Below, in pieces: positions 1-7,822 of a DNA stretch of 30,209 nucleotides (the first letter of the stretch is position 1; each line of letters opens with the position of its first letter). The stretch covers positions 1-30,209 of IMG/VR virus record IMGVR_UViG_3300027986_000024, one strand, 5' to 3'. The DNA is from a virus (lineage: Duplodnaviria; Caudoviricetes). The position numbers and the translations under genes are program-made. Under the pieces are notes generated by a model. It was not told the DNA's origin, searched no databases, and saw only the letters and a program-made list of their open reading frames with translations.

Positions 1-109
1 GAATGTACCCTCGGCATGCCGGGTCTAGCAATAAGGGAAAATAGGAAAATAACAACAGTTAAGAGGGGATAAGGGAAATCAGAATTGCGCAAGCGGGAGT
101 AGATTGTGC

Positions 110-138
110 TTGCTTTTTTCGGGGAAATGTGGTATACT
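110..138 (+). promoter_or_regulatory. sigma70-type early promoter
   Basis: TTGCTT (110-115), 17-nt spacer, TATACT (133-138) with extended -10 TGn (130-132); SD GGGAGG (152-157) precedes ATG 165; heads a ~14.7-kb run of co-oriented overlapping genes. Confidence 0.75.
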
Positions 139-164
139 GTTGGGTAGAATAGGGAGGTTAGCCC

Positions 165-407
165 ATGCGGCGCGTAGCAATCATCCTTACCTGCGCTCTT
201 TGCCTTACCGCTTGTGAGAGTGAGGAGGAGAAACTTGCTAAATGGCAATCCTTCTGCACCGCTCATGAGTTTACCGAAAAGCAATGCCAAGTCCTCTACG
301 TCCTCAAGCAAGGGAACGAAGAGGCGAAAGTTGCAGCTAATTCAGCGGCAATAACGTCTGGAGCCGCAATGGGATTCGCGATAGGTAGCATGGGTGCACG
401 TCGATGA
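165..407 (+). CDS. small lipoprotein (possible superinfection-exclusion protein)
   Basis: MRR + hydrophobic stretch + lipobox LTA-C; Gly/Ala-rich hydrophobic C-terminus; good SD. Confidence 0.65.
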   Translation: MRRVAIILTCALCLTACESEEEKLAKWQSFCTAHEFTEKQCQVLYVLKQGNEEAKVAANSAAITSGAAMGFAIGSMGARR

Positions 408-814
408 CCTCCCTCTACCAACTCCGCTCCTCCACGACCGAAGGCTACCAAATCCTCAAGCTCGATCCGCCAGGGAGTTACTTCCTCACCGCCGATGCTT
501 GTACCTGCCCGCAGGGGCATAAGGCAACCTGCCGCCATCGGAAGATGCTGCCGCTGTTCGTCAACAACCACCACGTCGACGATGGCTGGTTTCTCGATTG
601 GGACACCCGCCTTTGGCGTGCGCCGATCGGGGTTGAATACGATTCCAACGGACATGAGACAGCCTCTCTCGCGGATGAAACCACCTTGCCGCTGGAGCGA
701 CCCGCGGCGAGAGGGGAGGAGCCTGCGTCGCCCTCCCCTGCCCCCACAGTTGAGCCACCCGCTCCGGTTCCTGTGGGGGCGACCAAACCCCTCAAGCGAA
801 GAAAGCTCAGCTAA
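404..814 (+). CDS. SWIM-type zinc-finger protein with Pro-rich tail
   Basis: CTCPQGHKATCRH fits CxC-xn-CxH; ATGA overlap with upstream gene; ends LKRRKLS. Confidence 0.7.
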   Translation: MTSLYQLRSSTTEGYQILKLDPPGSYFLTADACTCPQGHKATCRHRKMLPLFVNNHHVDDGWFLDWDTRLWRAPIGVEYDSNGHETASLADETTLPLERPAARGEEPASPSPAPTVEPPAPVPVGATKPLKRRKLS

Positions 815-1002
815 TGGGATTCTCTCCCGGAAACTTTCACACTTTCAATGGCGACGAATACCATTGGGAAGCAAAGGACAACGAGGTGGTTCTCTGGGAT
901 AGATTTGAAGCCAAAGCCATCCTAGTCCTATCACACGACGCCGCTGTTACTGCTTTACAACAACTTCGCACAGCTCTCTTCGCAATAGGAATCGAAGAAT
1001 GA
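814..1002 (+). CDS. hypothetical protein
   Basis: TAATG coupling with upstream and ATGA coupling with downstream gene. Confidence 0.6.
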   Translation: MGFSPGNFHTFNGDEYHWEAKDNEVVLWDRFEAKAILVLSHDAAVTALQQLRTALFAIGIEE

Positions 1003-1280
1003 CCAAAAAGCCAACCAACCCTCCCATCATCTACACCAACGGGGTCGATCTCTTCCTCGAATGGCCAACCTACGTCCTCCGCTTTGCCTTCACCGAGGCT
1101 GGCCTCCACCGCGCGCTAGCGCATATCCCAAACATCGCTCCCCCGCCAAGGCTTGCGCCGGTTGCGAACAAAGTCCTTCCCAAGCTCGCGGCTTCGACCC
1201 GACGCAAGCGGGAGATTAACAACTTTTCCCCGGAGCTTCGGCAGGCCGCGACGGAACTACTTCGCAGGAGGTTTGGATGA
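999..1280 (+). CDS. hypothetical protein
   Basis: ATGA overlaps at both ends; basic C-terminus LLRRRFG. Confidence 0.65.
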   Translation: MTKKPTNPPIIYTNGVDLFLEWPTYVLRFAFTEAGLHRALAHIPNIAPPPRLAPVANKVLPKLAASTRRKREINNFSPELRQAATELLRRRFG

Positions 1281-1486
1281 GCCTCACCGAGATCGACGAC
1301 GCGACCTACCAACGGTTCTACACTGACCTCGTTGCCAAGTGGATAGACGAGGGCCTAGACCTACCACGTGCGAGGTCAGCCGCAGCAGACGAGATGGAAC
1401 GCTCCTTCATCTCCACCTCCGCCGCCTTCGCCCGCGAATCCGCGTTGGACGATCAGGAGGAGAAGGAAGGGGATTGGACGAGATGA
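1277..1486 (+). CDS. acidic hypothetical protein
   Basis: SD AGGAGG upstream; ATGA overlaps at both ends. Confidence 0.65.
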   Translation: MSLTEIDDATYQRFYTDLVAKWIDEGLDLPRARSAAADEMERSFISTSAAFARESALDDQEEKEGDWTR

Positions 1487-1602
1487 AGAGCGACTACAGA
1501 CTGATTAACTTCCTATTGGGCGTTTGGTGTGTCAACTCTTTGGCCATTAGCATTCTGATCGGCCTTTGCATAGTTCACCTACTATGGACACCGCACCAAT
1601 GA
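1483..1602 (+). CDS. 39-aa single-pass membrane peptide
   Basis: ATG 1483 overlaps the upstream stop; MKSDYRLINFLLGVWCVNSLAISILIGLCIVHLLWTPHQ is hydrophobic; its stop overlaps ATG 1599 (3' part of the track's 1339..1602 ORF). Confidence 0.55.
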   Translation: MKSDYRLINFLLGVWCVNSLAISILIGLCIVHLLWTPHQ

Positions 1603-2621
1603 TCCCCTGGCTCATCTCCGTCCCCGTCTATGGCGAGCGTTACCGCCGGAACTTCCTCTCCCGCGGCCTTCCCTCCCTCCTCGCCGCGCTAGACGCCGCA
1701 GGCAATCCCCCCACCCGCTTCCTCATCCATACCGACGACAAATGGGCTCTCGCCCGCTACCTCCCCTCCGCTCCGGTCAAGTTCCTCCCTCCGCCTCCCG
1801 GAGCCAACTCTTCCCTCGCCCTCGCCAACGCTGGGCGCATCGCGCTAGCCGAGGCCCTCCCCGGCGAAGCCATCCTCAACCTCAACGCGGACCTCGTCAT
1901 GTCCCGCGAGGCCATCTCCGTCTGCGCTTCGCACTTCGCCGAGGGCAAGCTCTACGTCACCTCTCACACCCTCCGCACCACCCTCGCTGCCCCACCAGTT
2001 GGCGCGACCGCTCTAGACCTTCGCACCTTCGGATGGTTCAACCACCATCGTTGGGTTGACGATTGTACCCTCCGCAGAGGTTACGCAGCGAACCCCGCCG
2101 TGGTCTACCTCCGCTCCCACTTCGGCGATGTCTATGCCCATTGCTTCTCGCTTTCTCCCTTCGCGGTCTTCCCTTCCCGACCAATCACCTTCGCCGGTCC
2201 CTCGATGGACGAATTCATCGACTGCTTTGAGACTTCCGAAGTTCACATCGCCCAGCCCTCCGAGTTCTGCCTTGTCGAGCCCTGCCCGCCTTCGCTCCCT
2301 TACATCCGCCGACGGCTTCGCCTATCCCCTGCGCAGGTAATCCGCAAAGCCCCATTCTACTCCACCCCAATGATGTGCTGGCAGTTCGGGCATCAGATCG
2401 TGATCCGCGGCGTCCCTCGCCTAAGCGAGCGGAAGGTCATCGACGAGATTCTCTCCAAGATCGACCAGAGCAGGCTGCCGACTCGGCTACTTCCGCTTAA
2501 CGAGCAATCTGGCGTAGCCCGCCTTCCCCCTTCCCTCTTTAAACTCGCCTTAAGCATCCCCGGGCCGATCCGACGGCTGGTCCCGAAGGCCATTCGTGAG
2601 GAGGTGATGAAATGGATTTGA
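1599..2621 (+). CDS. putative glycosyltransferase (GT-A-like)
   Basis: N-terminal LISVPVYGERY...LPSLL, FLIHTDD, and an LNADLV DxD-like motif after a hydrophobic strand; amphipathic basic C-terminus; start at coupled ATG 1599. Confidence 0.5.
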   Translation: MIPWLISVPVYGERYRRNFLSRGLPSLLAALDAAGNPPTRFLIHTDDKWALARYLPSAPVKFLPPPPGANSSLALANAGRIALAEALPGEAILNLNADLVMSREAISVCASHFAEGKLYVTSHTLRTTLAAPPVGATALDLRTFGWFNHHRWVDDCTLRRGYAANPAVVYLRSHFGDVYAHCFSLSPFAVFPSRPITFAGPSMDEFIDCFETSEVHIAQPSEFCLVEPCPPSLPYIRRRLRLSPAQVIRKAPFYSTPMMCWQFGHQIVIRGVPRLSERKVIDEILSKIDQSRLPTRLLPLNEQSGVARLPPSLFKLALSIPGPIRRLVPKAIREEVMKWI

Positions 2622-3583
2622 CCATCGCCGCCTACGACCAAGCCGAAGCGCAAGCTAGGCTGACCGCCCCCTATCCAGTCATTAGAGCATTCACTCCGAC
2701 CCACTTCCAACTCTGCGGCTTCCCCACCCGCGTCACTGAGGAGATCGAACTCCGACGCTACGCGGATATCATGGGGGAGAACACTCCAAGGGCGGAGTTG
2801 GTGGAGAAGGCGAGGTTCTCTCAGAAGGAAGCAGTATTGATCCACGACATGCAGAAGGGTGTTGAATTCCTTACAAGGAAACTATTCGATAATCCTGTCT
2901 CTCCTTACACCTCTCTCTTTGGCCCAATCACACTCGTTCGAGCAATTCAATACTTTGCTGAATTGCACTCACGCAAGTTAATGGTTATGGACATTAGTGC
3001 TGGCGCTGGCTACCTCTCAGCCTACTTATCTGGCCTTGGCCACAAGCTGATTGTAACCGAAGTGACCCAAGCTCTGTATCTTTGGCAAAACCGCCTATTG
3101 CACCATCTTCACCTTGACGAGTGGGCTTTACCATCCAAACTTACAAGAGATGACCGTATCTTGCATATGCCATGGTGGCACTTCGGCAACCTTTACAATA
3201 TTCACCATTCACCTCAATTCGTTGACATCGTCATCTGCGACGCAGCCCTCGGCGAGATGGACCCCTGGGCCTTTCGCTATACCCTTCATCTCGCGAAGGA
3301 CCTCCTCGCGTCCTCGACCGTCGGCTGCCTGCTCTACACCAACGTTGGGGAGCAACGCGCGCAGACCGAGAAGCAAGTCCTTGGCTACGCAATGGAACTT
3401 GGATTCAAAGTCTTCCACCTCTCCGGCGTCACCATCCTCTGCCCCTACCGGCCCAAGCTCCCTCGCTCCTTCCCGCCCCTTGGCGGCCCAGCCGCCCTTC
3501 GCATCCCCGACTTCCTCTCCTTCGACAAGTCAAAGCTGATGGAGAGCTACGAGTTCTGTGATTACATCAATGTTGGGAGGTAA
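2612..3583 (+). CDS. class I SAM-dependent methyltransferase (sugar O-methyltransferase-like)
   Basis: motif I VMDISAGAGYL, acidic residue at end of strand 2 (IVTEVT), VDIVICDAALGEM; SD GAGGAGG upstream. Confidence 0.7.
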   Translation: MDLTIAAYDQAEAQARLTAPYPVIRAFTPTHFQLCGFPTRVTEEIELRRYADIMGENTPRAELVEKARFSQKEAVLIHDMQKGVEFLTRKLFDNPVSPYTSLFGPITLVRAIQYFAELHSRKLMVMDISAGAGYLSAYLSGLGHKLIVTEVTQALYLWQNRLLHHLHLDEWALPSKLTRDDRILHMPWWHFGNLYNIHHSPQFVDIVICDAALGEMDPWAFRYTLHLAKDLLASSTVGCLLYTNVGEQRAQTEKQVLGYAMELGFKVFHLSGVTILCPYRPKLPRSFPPLGGPAALRIPDFLSFDKSKLMESYEFCDYINVGR

Positions 3584-3586
3584 CCC

Positions 3587-3772
3587 ATGCCAGAGCCAAT
3601 CACGGCCGCTCTAACCTACGAAGAGATTCATTCTTGGCTAACCGATATGGGAGTCGAGCTTCCAGAACTGAACTCTGCCTTGGAAGAGGGGCACGATCAG
3701 GCGAGACTATACCTAACCACACAAACAATCATTGTAACTGTCACGCCCCCAAGGGAGCCAGTCGATGTCTGA
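3587..3772 (+). CDS. hypothetical protein
   Basis: SD GGGAGG upstream; tight packing. Confidence 0.6.
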   Translation: MPEPITAALTYEEIHSWLTDMGVELPELNSALEEGHDQARLYLTTQTIIVTVTPPREPVDV

Positions 3773-3956
3773 GTCCCTCACCATTCAAGAACTGATCCAG
3801 GCAGCGTTAGCTCGATACAACGCAATGTCTCCAGATGAGAAGGCCAGCCACGACTACGAACAACGCCGATCCTTCGTTCGTGGCATGTGCCCAGATAACC
3901 GAGACTACGGCGAATGGTGCAAGATTGTTGACCGTCTACTACCTCCTCGGAGTTGA
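3765..3956 (+). CDS. hypothetical protein
   Basis: SD AGGGAG; overlaps both neighbours. Confidence 0.6.
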   Translation: MSESLTIQELIQAALARYNAMSPDEKASHDYEQRRSFVRGMCPDNRDYGEWCKIVDRLLPPRS

Positions 3957-4225
3957 CCATGCCCGAATCCCTCACCATCACCGAAATGCTCCGCAACATC
4001 ACCGCTAACATCGACCTCGATCTCGCGGTGATCATCTCCGATACCCTCAACCTCTACCGCGATTCCCTCAAGCGCAGAGCGAACCGCTCTGTCTTGACCC
4101 CAAACGACGCGGTCCGAATCCTCCACATCATCAACCACCTCCTCGAAGCGACGAGCGAGAGCGGGGAGGCGGAGCTTATCCCTGGATCGCCGGTTAAGCC
4201 GAAGCAGGAGGAGACGAATGGCTGA
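3953..4225 (+). CDS. hypothetical protein
   Basis: overlapping packing; true start may be ATG 3959 after GGAG. Confidence 0.6.
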   Translation: MTMPESLTITEMLRNITANIDLDLAVIISDTLNLYRDSLKRRANRSVLTPNDAVRILHIINHLLEATSESGEAELIPGSPVKPKQEETNG

Positions 4226-4547
4226 ACCTCTCTTCCTTATCCTCCACAAAGTCCGCGGCGAACCGGCTTTCGATATCGCCCATCAACTCGACATTGGTGA
4301 TGAAATCGGTTGGATCATTCCCACTTCTGGCCACCGGGCCTACCCATTTGATAAGTGCAACCTAAGTCAGCTAACTGCCGACGCCCCATCAACTATGATG
4401 GCCTCCATGACCTACGACTACGGTAACGCTTGGCGTAACCACCCAGATCACTACGAACAATCCACACCCACCTTTCGTCAGGCGGCATCTGACCTCTTGG
4501 CTTCCCTCGGCCTCGGCCAGAAGCAGATTAAGCGGAGGAAGCTGTGA
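4218..4547 (+). CDS. hypothetical protein with LGL...IKRRKL C-terminus
   Basis: SD AGGAGGAG; ends LLASLGLGQKQIKRRKL. Confidence 0.7.
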   Translation: MAEPLFLILHKVRGEPAFDIAHQLDIGDEIGWIIPTSGHRAYPFDKCNLSQLTADAPSTMMASMTYDYGNAWRNHPDHYEQSTPTFRQAASDLLASLGLGQKQIKRRKL

Positions 4548-4771
4548 AGACCAAACGATTTGTTGTTATGGGTGGCGCCGTATACTATGCCTCTGGTGGC
4601 TTCGAGGATTACCTTAACTCATTTGACACGAAAGAAGAAGCAGATAAGTTTGCGGCTGACTATCTTAAGTCAGAAGGCGAATACCACTGGGCCCAAGTAG
4701 GCGACCTTGAAACCGGAGATTTCTGGGTACTTGGTCAACCAGCATGTAATCCAATGGGAATACTCAAATGA
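4544..4771 (+). CDS. phage hypothetical protein (YYxSGG-type)
   Basis: GTGA overlap, SD GGAGG; YYASGGFEDYLNSFDTKEEA resembles a motif of small phage early proteins. Confidence 0.65.
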   Translation: MKTKRFVVMGGAVYYASGGFEDYLNSFDTKEEADKFAADYLKSEGEYHWAQVGDLETGDFWVLGQPACNPMGILK

Positions 4772-5019
4772 CCAACCGCCTCCCCTACGAAACCCGCGCC
4801 GGAGCCGTCTCCGAAGCCGATACCTACGCGCAACTATTGGAGTATTTGCGTTTGGCTGAGGAGGCCGCCTACACCATCGGCCACCTCCGCAAGGCGAACG
4901 ATGACGAACTCACCGGCCAGGGCTGGCTTGCCATCGGAGAGATGCTTCGCTTGACCGGCATCAACGTCACCAATCTCGCAACTCGCAAGATGCGAAGCTC
5001 GGTAGGTTACGACTCATGA
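4768..5019 (+). CDS. hypothetical protein
   Basis: ATGA overlaps at both ends. Confidence 0.65.
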   Translation: MTNRLPYETRAGAVSEADTYAQLLEYLRLAEEAAYTIGHLRKANDDELTGQGWLAIGEMLRLTGINVTNLATRKMRSSVGYDS

Positions 5020-5264
5020 ACAGACGCGGCTTCCTTAAAGGACTCTTAACCACCGTTGCAGCAACCCCAACTGTCAAACTTCTTGGCCGTGTTGCAGAAG
5101 TAACAGTAGTAAAGCCAGTTAGAGCAGCTTGGGCCTACATGACCGGCTTCAAACCACTACTAAACTCTGGTGCCTGGAATGCCAAGTACAAAACCTATGA
5201 TGAAGCCAAAGAAGCATCAGACAAGCTTGCCAGTGAAGTTCTTAAGAAAATGTTGGGGCACTAG
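5016..5264 (+). CDS. small protein with twin-arginine (Tat)-like N-terminus
   Basis: MNRRGFLKGLLTTVAA matches the S/N-R-R-x-F-L-K consensus. Confidence 0.6.
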   Translation: MNRRGFLKGLLTTVAATPTVKLLGRVAEVTVVKPVRAAWAYMTGFKPLLNSGAWNAKYKTYDEAKEASDKLASEVLKKMLGH

Positions 5265-5266
5265 TA

Positions 5267-6694
5267 ATGGACAAACCCACCATCTCCCCTACCGAGGAGC
5301 AACTCCATATCCTCGATCTTCTCCAATCCACTCGCGACAATCTCCTCATCAACGCCCTCGCGGGCTCCGGCAAAACCTCTACCCTAGAGCTAATCCAAAA
5401 TGCCGCTCCTCCTCCTGTTCTTTGCTTGGCTTTTAATCGTCGTATCGCTGACGAAATGGACAAAAGGTTCCTCGATACCACCACTGTCCGTACTCTTAAC
5501 GGGCTGGGCCATCGCGTTTGGTCTGGCGCTTGTGCTGGCCGCCTTGCTCTAGACCCGAAGAAGTGCCAAGACCTCCTCCGTCAGGAGATCGACTCCCTCC
5601 CTAAATCCTCCCGAGGCGAAGCCTATGACATCTTCTGGGAAGTCATCTCCGCCGTTGCGCTCGCGAAGTCCCTCGGCTACATCCCCGAAGGGAAGTTCCC
5701 CGCCGCCAAGCGGCTTATTCCCCCCATCCCCTTCTACTCCCGCCTCGACGAGGCCCCTTCCCCCCTCTTCATCGACCTCGTCGAGGCGACCCTCTTCTCC
5801 TCGATCAAGGCCGCCTACTCCGGGAACATTGACTATAACGATCAAGTTTACATGCCCGCATTGTTTGGAGGAACATACCCTCGATTCCCGCTTGTCCTCA
5901 TCGACGAAGCGCAAGACCTCTCACCCGTTAACCATGAAATGCTCGGTCACCTCACTTCCTCTCGTCTTATCGCAGTCGGTGATCCTTGGCAGAGTATCTA
6001 TGGTTTTCGTGGAGCGGTTACGAACGGGATGAGCAAACTCCGCGAGCGGTTCGCGATGGTCGAGGCCGACCTCACCGTCTCCTTCCGCTGTCCCGAAACC
6101 ATCGTCCGCTCCGTCCACTGGCACGTCCCGAAGATGAAATGGAATAAAGGAGGCGGCCGTGCAGCGCGACTTCGTAACCCTACTGCTTCTAGCTTCCCTG
6201 ATGGGGCTGCTATTATTTGTCGCAACAACGCGCCTCTCTTTGCCCTGGCTCTTCACCTGCTGTCTAGCGGGCGCAGCGTTAGCGTCAGCGGTAGTGACGT
6301 TGGTCCGAGAGTTATTGGGATTATGAGAAAGCTGGGCCCAGAGGGCATGAATCAGGAGCAACTCTATGAAGAAATCGAAAGTTGGCGCGCAGAGAAACTC
6401 GCCAAACAGTCAACTACGGCTAACGACATTGCTGACTGCATGCGAGTATTTGCCTCGTTCGGAAACACTCTTGGACAAGCGGTCAGTTACGCGGACCATT
6501 TATTTAAGCAACGGGGAACGCTACAACTTCTTACAGGACATAGAAGTAAAGGGCTTGAGTGGAACACTGTCTATCACCTGGACCCCTTCCTCATCGGCGA
6601 AGGGGAGCAAGAAGCCAACCTCCGTTACGTGATCTCGACCCGCGCGATGGAAACCTACTATGAGATCGAATCCAGAGAGATAAGGTGGGATTGA
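5267..6694 (+). CDS. superfamily 1 (UvrD/Rep-like) DNA helicase
   Basis: Q motif TEEQ, Walker A ALAGSGKT, AFN, DEAQD, VGDPWQSIYGFRGA, SFRCP, TGHRSKGLEW, YVISTRA. Confidence 0.93.
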   Translation: MDKPTISPTEEQLHILDLLQSTRDNLLINALAGSGKTSTLELIQNAAPPPVLCLAFNRRIADEMDKRFLDTTTVRTLNGLGHRVWSGACAGRLALDPKKCQDLLRQEIDSLPKSSRGEAYDIFWEVISAVALAKSLGYIPEGKFPAAKRLIPPIPFYSRLDEAPSPLFIDLVEATLFSSIKAAYSGNIDYNDQVYMPALFGGTYPRFPLVLIDEAQDLSPVNHEMLGHLTSSRLIAVGDPWQSIYGFRGAVTNGMSKLRERFAMVEADLTVSFRCPETIVRSVHWHVPKMKWNKGGGRAARLRNPTASSFPDGAAIICRNNAPLFALALHLLSSGRSVSVSGSDVGPRVIGIMRKLGPEGMNQEQLYEEIESWRAEKLAKQSTTANDIADCMRVFASFGNTLGQAVSYADHLFKQRGTLQLLTGHRSKGLEWNTVYHLDPFLIGEGEQEANLRYVISTRAMETYYEIESREIRWD

Positions 6695-7092
6695 TGCCAG
6701 TTTCAACCTCTCCCCGAGCGTATGATGATTGTTTTGAGCTTTTTGAACAGGCTCTATCCGCTCCAAAGGGCATTCGTAAGCGCGCTCCCAGCGCAGGCAA
6801 GGCTAAGAATCTCGTCTCCCGCCTTCACAAGGCTAGACAAATCCATCGCTTGGAGATGACTGCCCTTCCACCAGACAATCCAGACTACGGTATCTCTCCA
6901 TACGATAAACTCGTTTGCTCATTTCGAGAGGTTGATGACTCATGGTGGGTCTACATTGAACCGCGCTTACTTGATGGAGAAGTCGAAGAACTTGGAGGGG
7001 AGGTAGTTGAACTTCCAAAAGCAGCGCCACCAACACCGAGGAGACTCTCAATTAAAGACATCAAACGTAGAAAACTCGGCGCTGCTGAGTGA
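6694..7092 (+). CDS. hypothetical protein
   Basis: ATG 6694 coupled to the helicase stop (TGATG); ends IKRRKLGAAE. Confidence 0.7.
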   Translation: MPVSTSPRAYDDCFELFEQALSAPKGIRKRAPSAGKAKNLVSRLHKARQIHRLEMTALPPDNPDYGISPYDKLVCSFREVDDSWWVYIEPRLLDGEVEELGGEVVELPKAAPPTPRRLSIKDIKRRKLGAAE

Positions 7093-7385
7093 AGGAGTTC
7101 TGGATGAACGCCTCTCGTGGATGGTGGACCGAAGCTCGCGTAGCGCGGCTACGCCAACTCGATGCCCTCGGCCACTCGGCCTCCGAGATCGCCGAGGCCC
7201 TCGGCACTACCAAGAACGCAGTTATCGGTAAACTCTGGCGTCTGCGTCAAACCCTCCCCTTCAACCCCGAACTCTTCACCGAACAGATGAAGGTAGCCGG
7301 ATGCCCACCCCGCCCCTTGAAGAACCAACCACCAAGGTCACTCTCCTCCTCTTCACCAAAGACTACGAAACCCTCAAACGACTAA
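7089..7385 (+). CDS. gcrA: GcrA-like cell-cycle regulator (N-terminal HTH only)
   Basis: WTEARVARLRQLDALGHSASEIAEALGTTKNAVIGKLWRL matches the GcrA N-terminal consensus WTxERVxxLxxLWxxGxSASQIAxxLGxxRNAVIGKxHRL; start may be ATG 7104 after AAGGAG. Confidence 0.8.
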   Translation: MKEFWMNASRGWWTEARVARLRQLDALGHSASEIAEALGTTKNAVIGKLWRLRQTLPFNPELFTEQMKVAGCPPRPLKNQPPRSLSSSSPKTTKPSND

Positions 7386-7462
7386 TCGGCCACGGCTGGT
7401 CAGCGAAGGTGAGGGAACTCGTGAGGGAGTTTGTGACCAAGCCGAAGAGGAGGAAGCTATGA
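7301..7462 (+). CDS. 53-aa ribbon-helix-helix-like DNA-binding protein (not in ORF track)
   Basis: my translation: MPTPPLEEPTTKVTLLLFTKDYETLKRLIGHGWSAKVRELVREFVTKPKRRKL; strand-helix-G-helix pattern; stop coupled to ATG 7459. Confidence 0.6.
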   Translation: MPTPPLEEPTTKVTLLLFTKDYETLKRLIGHGWSAKVRELVREFVTKPKRRKL

Positions 7463-7623
7463 ATGTCCCTTGGCATTGGTTAGTTGTAGATTACTTTTAC
7501 TTTATCGTCGGCAGGATCGGAATGTTAATCGACTCCCTCTATCTTGTTGATATTGCTATAGCCCATATGACGCAGCGAATAGAACAAATCGAGGCAATGA
7601 TGGAGTCGCGCGATGCCCAATGA
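7459..7623 (+). CDS. 54-aa hydrophobic hypothetical protein (not in ORF track)
   Basis: my translation: MNVPWHWLVVDYFYFIVGRIGMLIDSLYLVDIAIAHMTQRIEQIEAMMESRDAQ; SD AGGAGG; fills the gap exactly. Confidence 0.55.
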   Translation: MNVPWHWLVVDYFYFIVGRIGMLIDSLYLVDIAIAHMTQRIEQIEAMMESRDAQ

Positions 7624-7822
7624 AATCGACCTCTTAATGTCCCTCGACCCGCTTGAACTCTCCGCGCAGAACATCGACGAGATCATCCTCTACATGCGTA
7701 AGCAACGGCTCGCCTACGACTCGGGCGTCAAGCCCAAACGCGCCACCACCGCCGAAGTCCCCTCCCTCGCCCAACTCGGCTTGCAGGAGAAGGCGAAGGA
7801 GATTAAGAGGAGGAAGCTGTGA
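7613..7822 (+). CDS. hypothetical protein with LGL...IKRRKL C-terminus
   Basis: SD GGAG; ends SLAQLGLQEKAKEIKRRKL. Confidence 0.7.
   Translation: MPNEIDLLMSLDPLELSAQNIDEIILYMRKQRLAYDSGVKPKRATTAEVPSLAQLGLQEKAKEIKRRKL

Noticed and set aside
2612-3583. DNA methyltransferase of a restriction-modification system
   Set aside because: Lacks DPPY/NPPY or PC catalytic motifs; looks like a small-molecule or sugar methyltransferase.
794-7822. KRRKL read as a eukaryotic nuclear localisation signal
   Set aside because: It resembles a monopartite NLS, but everything else indicates a bacteriophage and nothing supports a eukaryotic stage; kept only as an unexplained tag.
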